Position numbers and translations under genes: made by a program. From an uncultured virus (IMG/VR IMGVR_UViG_3300046832_002586) (Duplodnaviria; Heunggongvirae; Uroviricota; Caudoviricetes): a stretch of DNA of 20,000 bases. The stretch is from IMG/VR virus record IMGVR_UViG_3300046832_002586, positions 51,195-71,194 of that record, one strand, 5' to 3'. Shown piece after piece: positions 1 through 7,952 of this stretch. The notes beneath the pieces are model-generated. The model searched no databases, was not told the origin of the DNA, and worked only from the letters and a program-made list of their open reading frames with translations. Every line of letters begins with the position of its first letter. Within the stretch, counting starts at the first letter, position 1.

Positions 1-2
1 AT

Positions 3-350
3 GATAAGGGTCACTTGGCACCTGCGGCAACATTCTCTGACAACATGGTAAACCTAAAGACCACCTTCTCATATTTGAATTCAGCTCTTCAAAATCAATA
101 CCTCAACAGAGGGGAATGGAGATTACTTGAAGAACAAGAAAGAAAATGGGATGATGCTGAGAAGTTAACTATCAAGATAAGTGTTGAATTCAAAAATAAA
201 AATAATGTCTTACCAACAGGTGCCACGGTACCAACAGGATTTACCAAACACATATACTTTAACAATCAAAGAGTTTGGAAGTGTTATTACTTCCCAAATG
301 TAAAACCAACTAAAAAGTGGGGTGAACATCAAATTTCTTGTAATCACTAA
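3..350 (+). CDS. DNA/RNA non-specific endonuclease (NucA/EndoG family), 5'-truncated by window edge
   Basis: Frame is open from nt 3: DKGHLAPAA (DRGH-type active-site motif), TFSYLNSALQ...LNRGEWRLLE, VPTGFTK. The ORF-track start at 15 is internal. Confidence 0.9.
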   Translation, partial: DKGHLAPAATFSDNMVNLKTTFSYLNSALQNQYLNRGEWRLLEEQERKWDDAEKLTIKISVEFKNKNNVLPTGATVPTGFTKHIYFNNQRVWKCYYFPNVKPTKKWGEHQISCNH

Positions 351-361
351 TATTTAATAGT

Positions 362-622
362 ATGAAAGTTCGGTTAACGGAATCACAACTTATTGATTTA
401 ATTAAGGAGATTGCGGTAAAATACCCTGAACTCCCACAATCATTTGATTTTAATATGGATATTGACAAAAAACCAAACAAACAAAACAAAGTAAATTACA
501 TCTCAGATAGAATGATTTCTAAGTTCAGAGAGATTAATGGTGTGTACGGTGAGGACTTTACCTTAGAAGTTCTTGACAGAGTATATGAAATTTTGAGTTC
601 AGAGTTGGGCGGAGAGGAATAG
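362..622 (+). CDS. Hypothetical protein with MKVRLTESQL leader
   Basis: 86-aa ORF with the shared N-terminal motif; TATTTAA at 351-357 just upstream. Confidence 0.8.
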   Translation: MKVRLTESQLIDLIKEIAVKYPELPQSFDFNMDIDKKPNKQNKVNYISDRMISKFREINGVYGEDFTLEVLDRVYEILSSELGGEE

Positions 623-650
623 TTTACTATATTTTTTAAAAATATAACAA

Positions 651-878
651 ATGAAAGTTCTCCGAAAAAAAATTAAAGTATTTGATGGTAAACCAACAAA
701 AAGTGGTGGACACTCACAATGGTTATCCAAATTTACAAAATTAGATTATCTTACATTTGAATTTGGTTTGTGGAGGTTTCATTACGACCATTTTTATTAT
801 GATGGGCAACATCATGCTCTCTCTTTGGGATTGATTAGAATCCTTTGGGGTGGGTTTCCATTTAAAGATGAAGAATAA
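651..878 (+). CDS. Hypothetical protein
   Basis: 75-aa ORF, aromatic-rich, fills the gap between co-oriented genes. Confidence 0.7.
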   Translation: MKVLRKKIKVFDGKPTKSGGHSQWLSKFTKLDYLTFEFGLWRFHYDHFYYDGQHHALSLGLIRILWGGFPFKDEE

Positions 879-891
879 TTTAACACCCTAA

Positions 892-922
892 CTTGTGAGT
901 GAAGTTTTTTATATTATATTTG
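892..922 (+). promoter_or_regulatory. Bacteroidota-type sigma-A promoter (-33 TTG / -7 TAnnTTTG)
   Basis: CTTG 892-895, 19-nt spacer, TATATTTG 915-922, ATG at 927. Confidence 0.65.
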
Positions 923-926
923 CTCT

Positions 927-1145
927 ATGAGTAAAAACGAAGTTCACTACGGAGACCTGATTAAATGGGTCCATAAAGTAATTGATAGTTGTCAGACATC
1001 TGAGCAAATTAGAACTGCCGAACGATTGATTGATAACTTTTCTGAACAACCACAAATCAAACAATTAGATACACATTTGTATTTTGAAATCATTTGTGAT
1101 ATGAGACACAAATGTAAAATGATTGGGAAACAATTAAATTCATAA
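927..1145 (+). CDS. Hypothetical phage protein
   Basis: 72-aa ORF directly after the promoter motif; WVHKVIDSC-x-T-x-EQ pattern. Confidence 0.8.
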   Translation: MSKNEVHYGDLIKWVHKVIDSCQTSEQIRTAERLIDNFSEQPQIKQLDTHLYFEIICDMRHKCKMIGKQLNS

Positions 1146-1147
1146 TT

Positions 1148-1402
1148 ATGTTTGTCGCAAAATATGTTGTTATCAATGGTAGTGTGATTGTTTTTAGTGC
1201 TGCGATAAATCACTCTGACATAGTTGGTGGGCAAGATGCAACAAGTGCTGGGTTTGTCTCATTCCGAGTAATCAAAGATGTGGATGACTTTGATGTTGTT
1301 GAACCACATTGTTATGGTGAGTCTATAAGTTTGGGGGGATTAAAATCAAATCCTGAGGAAGACCAAAAAAAGATTAGGTTACAAATCCTTAATAGATATT
1401 AA
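1148..1402 (+). CDS. Hypothetical phage protein
   Basis: 84-aa ORF starting 2 nt after the previous stop; motifs H...SAGFV...CYGESISL. Confidence 0.8.
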   Translation: MFVAKYVVINGSVIVFSAAINHSDIVGGQDATSAGFVSFRVIKDVDDFDVVEPHCYGESISLGGLKSNPEEDQKKIRLQILNRY

Positions 1403-1944
1403 AGGTATTTCGCTAAAACGTTTCTTAAACTTATTTTTGCCTTACTGAGTTGTGAACGAGAGGTTCCTGGGTCAATACCCAAGACCTCCGCAATCTCATT
1501 GTGTTTTAGGTTACCAAAATAATATAACATCAATATTGTTTTGTAACCTTCGGCTAAACCATCAACCGCTTTTCTTAACTGTTCTTTGGTTATTCTACCA
1601 CCCATGAAATCGGTTTCCGTAGGTTCTACTCCAACATCCATTTTTGAGATATCTAAATCAGTTGTGGTATCCAACTGTTTTTTTCTAAACTCATTGATAA
1701 TTTCGTTGGTGACAACTCTTCTTACCCATCCTTGTAAACTACCTTGACCTGAGTATTTGTCTAAGTTTTTATGAACTTTAAGAAATCCAATCTGACAAAA
1801 CTCTTTGGCTAAATCAATATCACCTTTGGCGTACTTCATACAAACCTGAGAAAATATTGGATTGTAATTTTTTTTATAAACTTCCGTAAAATCTAACCCT
1901 TCGGTTAAAATCTTACGTTGAGACTCCGTGATAATAATTTTCAT
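1399..1944 (-). CDS. ECF-type sigma-70 RNA polymerase sigma factor with MKIIITESQ leader
   Basis: Region 2 (AKEFCQIGFLKVHKNLDKY..GSLQGWVRRVVTNEIINEFRK) and region 4 HTH (LKHNEIAEVLGIDPGTSRSQLSKAK). Confidence 0.92.
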   Translation of the reverse strand: MKIIITESQRKILTEGLDFTEVYKKNYNPIFSQVCMKYAKGDIDLAKEFCQIGFLKVHKNLDKYSGQGSLQGWVRRVVTNEIINEFRKKQLDTTTDLDISKMDVGVEPTETDFMGGRITKEQLRKAVDGLAEGYKTILMLYYFGNLKHNEIAEVLGIDPGTSRSQLSKAKISLRNVLAKYL

Positions 1945-1961
1945 ATTCTAATAAATATCTG

Positions 1962-2348
1962 TTAGATGGGTTCCCCTTCAATTGCCCAATAAAACATGGA
2001 ATAATTACCTGCGAGTTGTTTCACATAATCAATGACTTCACTTAATTGTTCGGGATTAATGGTATCATCTTCAACCCATTCAACGTTAATCCAAATGTCA
2101 CCTTTACTTGGGTAGACAATAAAGATTAAGAATTCATCATCAAAGAATTTGAAATCTTTTCCTTCAAATCCAAAGACTTGAATTGCTTGGTCTTCAATTA
2201 ACATTCTTCCTGGCTCAACAATATCGTAACGATTCAGAAAATCGGCAACGGTTAAAACTTCCTCTGTTGGCTGGCCAATAATATTAGATTCAATATCAAT
2301 ATTTTCATTGAATCTTTTATATTGTGATTCTGAGATAATATACTTCAT
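1962..2348 (-). CDS. Acidic hypothetical protein with MKYIISESQ leader
   Basis: Start reassigned to ATG 2348 because the leader motif begins there and TATTTAT lies 4 nt upstream on the minus strand. Confidence 0.8.
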   Translation of the reverse strand: MKYIISESQYKRFNENIDIESNIIGQPTEEVLTVADFLNRYDIVEPGRMLIEDQAIQVFGFEGKDFKFFDDEFLIFIVYPSKGDIWINVEWVEDDTINPEQLSEVIDYVKQLAGNYSMFYWAIEGEPI

Positions 2349-2433
2349 GATTATAAATACTTTCCTATAGTTAATATTAAAGTTTTGATAATACATAAAA
2401 CCATCATAACAACATAATTTAACCTAATTATAG

Positions 2434-3123
2434 GTGATGAAAATAGAAGCATTATTTATTTCGGACGTTCACTTAGGTGCCCGTGGGGTTGAGTCCGAAA
2501 AACTGTTAGAAGTATTGAAGATGTACAACCCTGAGCATTTGTTTTTAGTTGGTGATATAATAGATGGTTGGTTACTCAAGAAAAGATTTTATTGGACACA
2601 ATCATACACCAATGTAATTAGAAAGATTCTATCTTACTCAAAGAACGGTACCAAGGTAATTTACATTACGGGAAACCATGATGAGTTTTTGAGGGAGTTC
2701 CCATTCTTGGAGTTGGGTAACATTGAAATTCATAATGAATATGAATATAAAGGTACTTGGATTACACACGGTGACTTATATGACGGTGTGGTTAAATTAA
2801 AGTGGTTGGCTATGTTAGGTTCAATTGGATATGACTCGGCGATTTACATTGACAGAAAACTAAAGTCTTTGGGGGTTAAAAGGTCTTTGTCCAAATTCTT
2901 AAAAGACAGAGTTAAAGAGGCGGTAAAGTTTATCACATCATTTGAGAATCAACTTGTGTTCCAAGCTAAAAGAAGATACTGTCATACGGTTATATGTGGG
3001 CACATCCACACACCTGAAGACAAGATGGTTGATGGGGTTAGATATTTAAATTGTGGTGATTGGATTGAGAACAAATCATATATTACATTAAAAGATGGGC
3101 AATATGAAGTACACAAATATTAG
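2434..3123 (+). CDS. Calcineurin-like metallophosphoesterase, UDP-2,3-diacylglucosamine hydrolase (LpxH/YbbF)-like
   Basis: SDVHLG, GDIIDGW, GNHD, HGD, GHIH and NCGDW motifs. Start is GTG 2434 or ATG 2437. Confidence 0.9.
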   Translation: MMKIEALFISDVHLGARGVESEKLLEVLKMYNPEHLFLVGDIIDGWLLKKRFYWTQSYTNVIRKILSYSKNGTKVIYITGNHDEFLREFPFLELGNIEIHNEYEYKGTWITHGDLYDGVVKLKWLAMLGSIGYDSAIYIDRKLKSLGVKRSLSKFLKDRVKEAVKFITSFENQLVFQAKRRYCHTVICGHIHTPEDKMVDGVRYLNCGDWIENKSYITLKDGQYEVHKY

Positions 3124-3832
3124 TGATGAATTGACAATTGTAATTCCGTGTTACAACGAGGTGAATTACATAGGAAAAACTTTGATGAACATTGGTAAAC
3201 AAGTGGGTATCAAAGGAACAAGAGTTATTGTCAGTGATGGTAAATCAACTGACGGAACACAAGAGGTTATCAAAAGATGTAAAGAGGAGTTAAAGGATGT
3301 GTTAAAGATTGAGATACAAAATGGGGGGAAGGTTGCTCTTGGTAGGAACGTAGGTGCCAATCTGAGTAAAACACCTTACATTTTATTCTTGGATGCTGAC
3401 TCAATACTTTTAAGTGATACTCAAATATCTGATGCACTTTTAACACTGAAAGACAGTAAGGTACAACTTGTAACTTGTAAGGTAAAATCGGTTAGTAAAT
3501 CACTTAGAAGCAAACTTGCATTTAAACTCTTCAATGTGGTAAATCACTTTGTGAGTAAGAAGACACCATTCGCGGTTGGTACATTCTTTTTAACTACAAA
3601 GAAATCATTTATGCATTACGGACAATTTGATGAAACCCTTCAACACTCTGAAGATTATTGTTTGTCAAAAAAATACAGAGTAAGAGAATTTAAAATTTTA
3701 AATCACTACGTTGGTCAGGACGATAGAAGATTCAGGAAGATGGGTTATACAGGTATGATTCGGTTGTTAATCAAATCATATGTTAACAGACGGAATCCAA
3801 ACTTTTTTAGACAAGACGTGGGTTATTGGTAA
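3104..3832 (+). CDS. Glycosyltransferase family 2
   Basis: IVIPCYNE, DGKSTDGT, GRNVGA, FLDAD (DxD), FDE..SED, DDRRF. Overlaps the upstream phosphoesterase. Confidence 0.92.
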   Translation: MKYTNISDELTIVIPCYNEVNYIGKTLMNIGKQVGIKGTRVIVSDGKSTDGTQEVIKRCKEELKDVLKIEIQNGGKVALGRNVGANLSKTPYILFLDADSILLSDTQISDALLTLKDSKVQLVTCKVKSVSKSLRSKLAFKLFNVVNHFVSKKTPFAVGTFFLTTKKSFMHYGQFDETLQHSEDYCLSKKYRVREFKILNHYVGQDDRRFRKMGYTGMIRLLIKSYVNRRNPNFFRQDVGYW

Positions 3833-3836
3833 AAAT

Positions 3837-3867
3837 AAAAGGGGAGTAGCGAATTCCCCTTTTTTTT
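3837..3867 (+). terminator. Intrinsic terminator (likely bidirectional) after GT2
   Basis: GGGGA-loop-TCCCC stem flanked by an A-tract and a T8 tract. Confidence 0.8.
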
Positions 3868-3915
3868 GTTACCGAAACGGTAACGGTCCTAAATGCCCTG
3901 AAACAGGGGGCTTGT
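3837..3915 (-). ncRNA. Putative small structured RNA (three hairpins, ending in a bidirectional terminator) with 23S rRNA-related segments
   Basis: Hairpins AAAAGGGGA/TCCCCTTTT (3837-3863), GTTACCG/CGGTAAC (3868-3884) and CCCTG/CAGGG (3896-3908). TATTTAT motif on the minus strand at 3923-3929 with no ORF behind it. Confidence 0.5.
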
Positions 3916-3968
3916 TTTATTTATAAATATCTTCAAATTATTATTTGTGATGATAGTATTTACCTTTT

Positions 3969-4145
3969 ATGAGAGATGCATTCCCAATCATAGGTAAAGA
4001 GATTACTTACAACAACAAAATGTGGACTATAAAAAAGTTTTATTATGTTCCAAATAATCCAAACATCTATGTTGCTTTATTTGATGGTATTTCACAAATG
4101 AACGTTGTGTTAAAGGAGATATCTGAACTAATTACAAAAGATTAA
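3969..4145 (+). CDS. Small hypothetical protein (58 aa, not in ORF track)
   Basis: MRDAFPIIGKEITYNNKMWTIKKFYYVPNNPNIYVALFDGISQMNVVLKEISELITKD; TATTTAC at 3957-3963, 5 nt before the ATG. Confidence 0.7.
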   Translation: MRDAFPIIGKEITYNNKMWTIKKFYYVPNNPNIYVALFDGISQMNVVLKEISELITKD

Positions 4146-4159
4146 AATATTTATTGTTT

Positions 4160-4681
4160 ATGAATTTGTTTGAAAACATAAATAGGATTAAGGAGGTGAT
4201 GGGATTAAACGAAGTGTTTGATGACATCAAAGGAGTTCCGTTATATCACAAGACTTCAACAAACAGGGGATTAGATATAATCAATAGTGATGCGTTAAGG
4301 GCGGGTTCAATACCATCAGGAGATTACCTTCAATATGATAAAAGAATGGCCAAAACAAAACATCAAAACGCCATTTCATTTACAAGAGATAAGAATTGGG
4401 ACCCAGGTCACACAATAGGTATAGGATTGGAATCACCATTGGAAGATTCAAATATGACATTTGTTGTAGATAGAAACAAATTAAGAACAAAATATAAAGT
4501 TGAATCGTTCAACTATGCAGGGATTGAACCTGACTACGAATATCATAAAAAGAATAATGAATTGGAAGAACGTGTGATGACTAATGAAATATATCCATTA
4601 CATCGTTATCTTATAGACATCATTTACACGGGTGATGACCCTGAAGTTCAAGATAAAATCAACAATTATTTGAGACGATGA
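4160..4681 (+). CDS. Putative ADP-ribosyltransferase-fold protein with MNLFENINRIKEVMG leader
   Basis: LYHKTS, ISFTRD and ELEERV resemble the three catalytic strands of ART-like folds; TATTTAT at 4148-4154. CDS is confident, function tentative. Confidence 0.55.
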   Translation: MNLFENINRIKEVMGLNEVFDDIKGVPLYHKTSTNRGLDIINSDALRAGSIPSGDYLQYDKRMAKTKHQNAISFTRDKNWDPGHTIGIGLESPLEDSNMTFVVDRNKLRTKYKVESFNYAGIEPDYEYHKKNNELEERVMTNEIYPLHRYLIDIIYTGDDPEVQDKINNYLRR

Positions 4682-5199
4682 ACTTACAAGAAAATATACA
4701 TAGAATCAAAGAAATGATGGGAGTTATCAATGAAGAGGTAATCACCAATCAACCTGTAGAAATATTCTCTGATGGTGGGGGAAGTGAATATGCAGACAAA
4801 TATGTTGGAGCAATTCAGAAGATACGAGTAAGTGACACATTACCAAACGAGCCATTCAAAGATATATCATACATGGAAACAAGTGATAATATTAAAAATA
4901 TGGTTAAATCCATCAATGATGGTGAAGAGTTACCACCAATCAAAGTAATACAACATCCATATGACAGGACTAAGTATATTGTGGTTGATGGAAATCACAG
5001 AAGATACGCATTTCTTAAGTCAGATATGGATGATGTTGGTGCAATTGTTATACCCCACTCAGATGTGGTTTTAATGAAAACAACATGGGGTGATAAAAAT
5101 AAAGACTATGTAAGTTTATCCGATGTCTTAGATAATAAAAAGGTGATAGATAAATATTTTGTTAAACCTGATGGGACAAACAATTTTGAAATAAATTAA
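4678..5199 (+). CDS. ParB/Sulfiredoxin-domain protein with MNLQENIHRIKEMMG leader
   Basis: ELPPIKV...YIVVDGNHRRYA is the ParB/Srx signature; 4-nt ATGA overlap with the upstream gene. Confidence 0.8.
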   Translation: MNLQENIHRIKEMMGVINEEVITNQPVEIFSDGGGSEYADKYVGAIQKIRVSDTLPNEPFKDISYMETSDNIKNMVKSINDGEELPPIKVIQHPYDRTKYIVVDGNHRRYAFLKSDMDDVGAIVIPHSDVVLMKTTWGDKNKDYVSLSDVLDNKKVIDKYFVKPDGTNNFEIN

Positions 5200-5200
5200 T

Positions 5201-5260
5201 ATATTTATCCATTATGAAAAGTTCAAAGAACACATATTTAGAATGTAATCAATGATGGGA
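5201..5260 (+). pseudogene. Decayed leader-module remnant (motif plus leader, no cargo)
   Basis: ATATTTAT-ccatt-ATG, then gaa cac ata ttt aga atg TAA tca atg atg gga (E-H-I-F-R-M-*-S-M-M-G) aligns with ENIHRIKEMMG of 4678; frameshift plus stop. Confidence 0.55.
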
Positions 5261-5264
5261 TTTT

Positions 5265-5825
5265 TTATTGTACAATTAATATGTTGGGTTTGGTTGTAAA
5301 TAATTTTGAACCTGTTTTTAATAAATCACTTGATAGTCTTGGTGTAACAGTAACAATAAATTTATTTATTTTACCTGGTTTGGTAAATTGTTTTAGTTTT
5401 TGAATCATATCAGAATTTTCATCAACTATAGAATATACAACATATGAATTATCAATAACCTCATAGTTTGCTTTAAATGTTGAGGCGTTAAAAAGTTGAC
5501 CATTATCTGTACCAAAACGATAAACAAGTTTACCATCTTCAGTTGTTACATCCAATCTTTCAATGAGATTAATAACTTGTGATTGATTTGGATTTCTTAA
5601 ATCCATTGAAGATATGGTTTCTCCATCATTACCTTTGATTTGAACACCAAGTTTTAAATCCCCATTACTATATGGGTTTGGTGCTATAAATGGCATTACT
5701 GTAGCATTTTTAGCCCAATCAAGAAATTCTTGGTTATCTTCAGGAGATTGTGTTTGTTCATTAACCAACCCATACATTCTTCTGATTTGTTCTTTTTCGG
5801 ATTCTTGTAATATAAATTTACCCAT
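5265..5825 (-). CDS. Hypothetical protein with MGKFILQESEKEQIRRMYGLVNEQ leader
   Basis: Start reassigned to ATG 5825 (leader plus TATTTAT 4 nt upstream). The longer ORF-track start overlaps the cyclophilin. Confidence 0.8.
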   Translation of the reverse strand: MGKFILQESEKEQIRRMYGLVNEQTQSPEDNQEFLDWAKNATVMPFIAPNPYSNGDLKLGVQIKGNDGETISSMDLRNPNQSQVINLIERLDVTTEDGKLVYRFGTDNGQLFNASTFKANYEVIDNSYVVYSIVDENSDMIQKLKQFTKPGKINKFIVTVTPRLSSDLLKTGSKLFTTKPNILIVQ

Positions 5826-5925
5826 GTAAATAAATACCGTAAAAATCACAATTTGTTTGACATACCCATTAATAATGTGTTGATACATCACCACAGATTG
5901 TTTATGTTTATCAAAAATATAACAC

Positions 5926-6357
5926 ATGAGTAGAGTAAAAATTTCAACAAGCAAGGGTGATATGATTGCAGAATTGTATGACGATGAAACGCCAATTACC
6001 ACAGGTAACTTCAAAAGTTTAATTGAGAAGAAGTTTTATGATGGATTAAACTTCCACAGAGTAATTCCAAACTTTGTTGTTCAGGGTGGATGTCCTAACG
6101 GTATGGGTAACGGTGGTCCTGGCTACACCATTCAGTGTGAGGTAACCGCACCAAAACAATACCACGACAGAGGTGTATTGTCTATGGCACATGCGGGACG
6201 TAACACAGGTGGTTCACAGTTCTTTATCTGTCACAACCGACAAGGTACACAGCATTTGGATAATAACCACACTTGTTTTGGTAAAGTGGTGGAAGGTCTT
6301 GATGTCCTTGACCAAATCAGACAGGGAGATGTGATTAACTCAATCGGGATGATGTAA
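5926..6357 (+). CDS. ppiA: Cyclophilin-type peptidyl-prolyl cis-trans isomerase
   Basis: FYDGLNFHRVIPNFVVQGG, GVLSMAHAGRNTGGSQFFI, HLDNNHTCFGKV. Confidence 0.95.
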   Translation: MSRVKISTSKGDMIAELYDDETPITTGNFKSLIEKKFYDGLNFHRVIPNFVVQGGCPNGMGNGGPGYTIQCEVTAPKQYHDRGVLSMAHAGRNTGGSQFFICHNRQGTQHLDNNHTCFGKVVEGLDVLDQIRQGDVINSIGMM

Positions 6358-6382
6358 TTCCCATTTAAATCAAAATCATAAA

Positions 6383-6409
6383 GCCCTCCACCAAAAGTGG
6401 GGGTTTTTT
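6383..6409 (+). repeat. Cassette-boundary hairpin/terminator repeat R1
   Basis: GCCCTCCACCAAAAGTGGGGGTTTTTT. Confidence 0.8.
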
Positions 6410-6410
6410 A

Positions 6411-6442
6411 TTTGGTAGTGTCAAATTTTTTGTTTTACTTTG
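6411..6442 (+). promoter_or_regulatory. Bacteroidota-type promoter (near-consensus)
   Basis: TTTG 6411-6414, 20-nt spacer, TTACTTTG 6435-6442, ATG 6447. Confidence 0.55.
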
Positions 6443-6446
6443 CATT

Positions 6447-6920
6447 ATGAGTAATATGGAACACCAAATTAACCTTGAAAAAATTGCTGAAGGTTTCAAC
6501 ATCAGTGTTGATGCGGTAAAAAAATTTTTAAATGATGGTAGAATCATTGGTAGACTTTCGGAATTTATTCGAGAAGAAGTAAGAGGTTCCACTCGAGCGT
6601 CATCTGAGTCGAGTCCATATGATGTTAGTGATGTTATGAATGGTAGAGAAGAAGTTAGGTCCATAAGTAAAAATGGTATTTCTTTTGCATCATCTAAGGA
6701 GGTTGGATATGGTAGGGTGGTTACTGAAGAAGGGTTTAAAGAAAAATTAAATAGTTTAGACATTTATGTTGCTGTCGATTTTAGAGATATTGAAAACCTA
6801 ATTTTTCATGAAATAACTAAAGATGAAATTGTCTTGTTAGAAAAAAATGGAAAATTAGGTAAGAATAAAAAAATGAGTGCGGAAAAAATTTATGAATTTT
6901 TAAACAGGCGTAATAAATAA
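6447..6920 (+). CDS. Putative PD-(D/E)xK-fold (type II restriction-like) endonuclease
   Basis: E...PYDVSD...EEVRSIS resembles a PD-(D/E)xK core (ExR variant); lies directly upstream of a DNA MTase. Confidence 0.5.
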   Translation: MSNMEHQINLEKIAEGFNISVDAVKKFLNDGRIIGRLSEFIREEVRGSTRASSESSPYDVSDVMNGREEVRSISKNGISFASSKEVGYGRVVTEEGFKEKLNSLDIYVAVDFRDIENLIFHEITKDEIVLLEKNGKLGKNKKMSAEKIYEFLNRRNK

Positions 6921-6955
6921 TATACTTTGTATTTAAAAAATCTTATATTTACTGT

Positions 6956-7783
6956 ATGGAAGTTAATAGAATTTATTTGGAAGATTGTTTGGACACGATG
7001 AAAAGAATGCCAGACAATTTTGTTTCTCTGACTGTCACATCACCTCCGTATGATGACCTTAGAACGTATAACAATAAGATAAAAGGTTTAACCACTGATT
7101 ACAATGGATACTCATTTGACTTTGAGAACATTGCTCGTGAGTTATACAGAGTAACCAAAAAAGGTGGGGTTGTTGTATGGGTTGTAGGAGATGCAACACA
7201 CAATGGTTCTGAAACAGGAACATCATTCAGACAGGCGTTATTCTTTAAAGAAATTGGGTTCAATATTCACGACACAATGATTTATATGAAGAACAACTTT
7301 GCCAATCCATCAAACACAAGATATCATCAGATATTTGAGTATATGTTTGTTTTATCTAAAGGTAAACCTGAGGTATTCAATCCAATCAAAGACAGGAAGA
7401 ATGTATATGGTGGACAGGTAGGTTCGTGGGGTAAAAACACTGTCAGACAAAAAGATGGTTCCATGAAGGAGAATACCAAGAAGATGATTGAGGAGTATGG
7501 ACAAAGATATAATGTTTGGACGTATAAAACTTCTAAGAATGGACAAGAAGATGAGGTTGCATATGAACACCCCGCTATCTTCCCGATTGATTTGGTTAAG
7601 GACCATATTACATCTTGGACAAACGAGGGGGATATTATTTACGACCCATTTATGGGAAGTGGAACCACCGCAAAAGGTGCGATGTTGTTGAATAGACTAT
7701 GGATTGGTTCTGAGATAAATGAAGAGTATGTAGATATTTGTGACCGAAGGTTAGGAACGATTCAAACGGAAATGAATCTGTAA
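6956..7783 (+). CDS. Beta-class N4-cytosine/N6-adenine DNA methyltransferase
   Basis: VTSPPY (motif IV) precedes HPAIFP and DPFMGSGTT (motif I); GSEINEEY. Confidence 0.95.
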   Translation: MEVNRIYLEDCLDTMKRMPDNFVSLTVTSPPYDDLRTYNNKIKGLTTDYNGYSFDFENIARELYRVTKKGGVVVWVVGDATHNGSETGTSFRQALFFKEIGFNIHDTMIYMKNNFANPSNTRYHQIFEYMFVLSKGKPEVFNPIKDRKNVYGGQVGSWGKNTVRQKDGSMKENTKKMIEEYGQRYNVWTYKTSKNGQEDEVAYEHPAIFPIDLVKDHITSWTNEGDIIYDPFMGSGTTAKGAMLLNRLWIGSEINEEYVDICDRRLGTIQTEMNL

Positions 7784-7787
7784 AATA

Positions 7788-7816
7788 GACCCTCACTAAT
7801 TAAGTGGGGGTTTTTT
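7788..7816 (+). repeat. Cassette-boundary repeat R2
   Basis: GACCCTCACTAATTAAGTGGGGGTTTTTT. Confidence 0.85.
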
Positions 7817-7840
7817 ATTTTAAAAAAAGTTTTAAAATCG

Positions 7841-7871
7841 TTTGGTAATTCAAAAATCTGTTTTATATTTG
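7841..7871 (+). promoter_or_regulatory. Bacteroidota-type sigma-A promoter (consensus)
   Basis: TTTG 7841-7844, 19-nt spacer, TATATTTG 7864-7871. Confidence 0.75.
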
Positions 7872-7952
7872 TAGTGTCGATGTGGGAGTAAATGTCCGAG
7901 CTTCTATCACAGACACTCTATTAATCACAATTCGGACGACACTTTTTTTACA

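Noticed and set aside
3846..3892. rRNA gene fragment or intact I-CeuI site
   Set aside because: Only two ~12-nt segments, in swapped order; flanks are not rRNA-like.
5826..6014. N-terminal extension of the minus-strand ORF 5265..6014
   Set aside because: Overlaps the cyclophilin; leader and upstream motif place the start at 5825.
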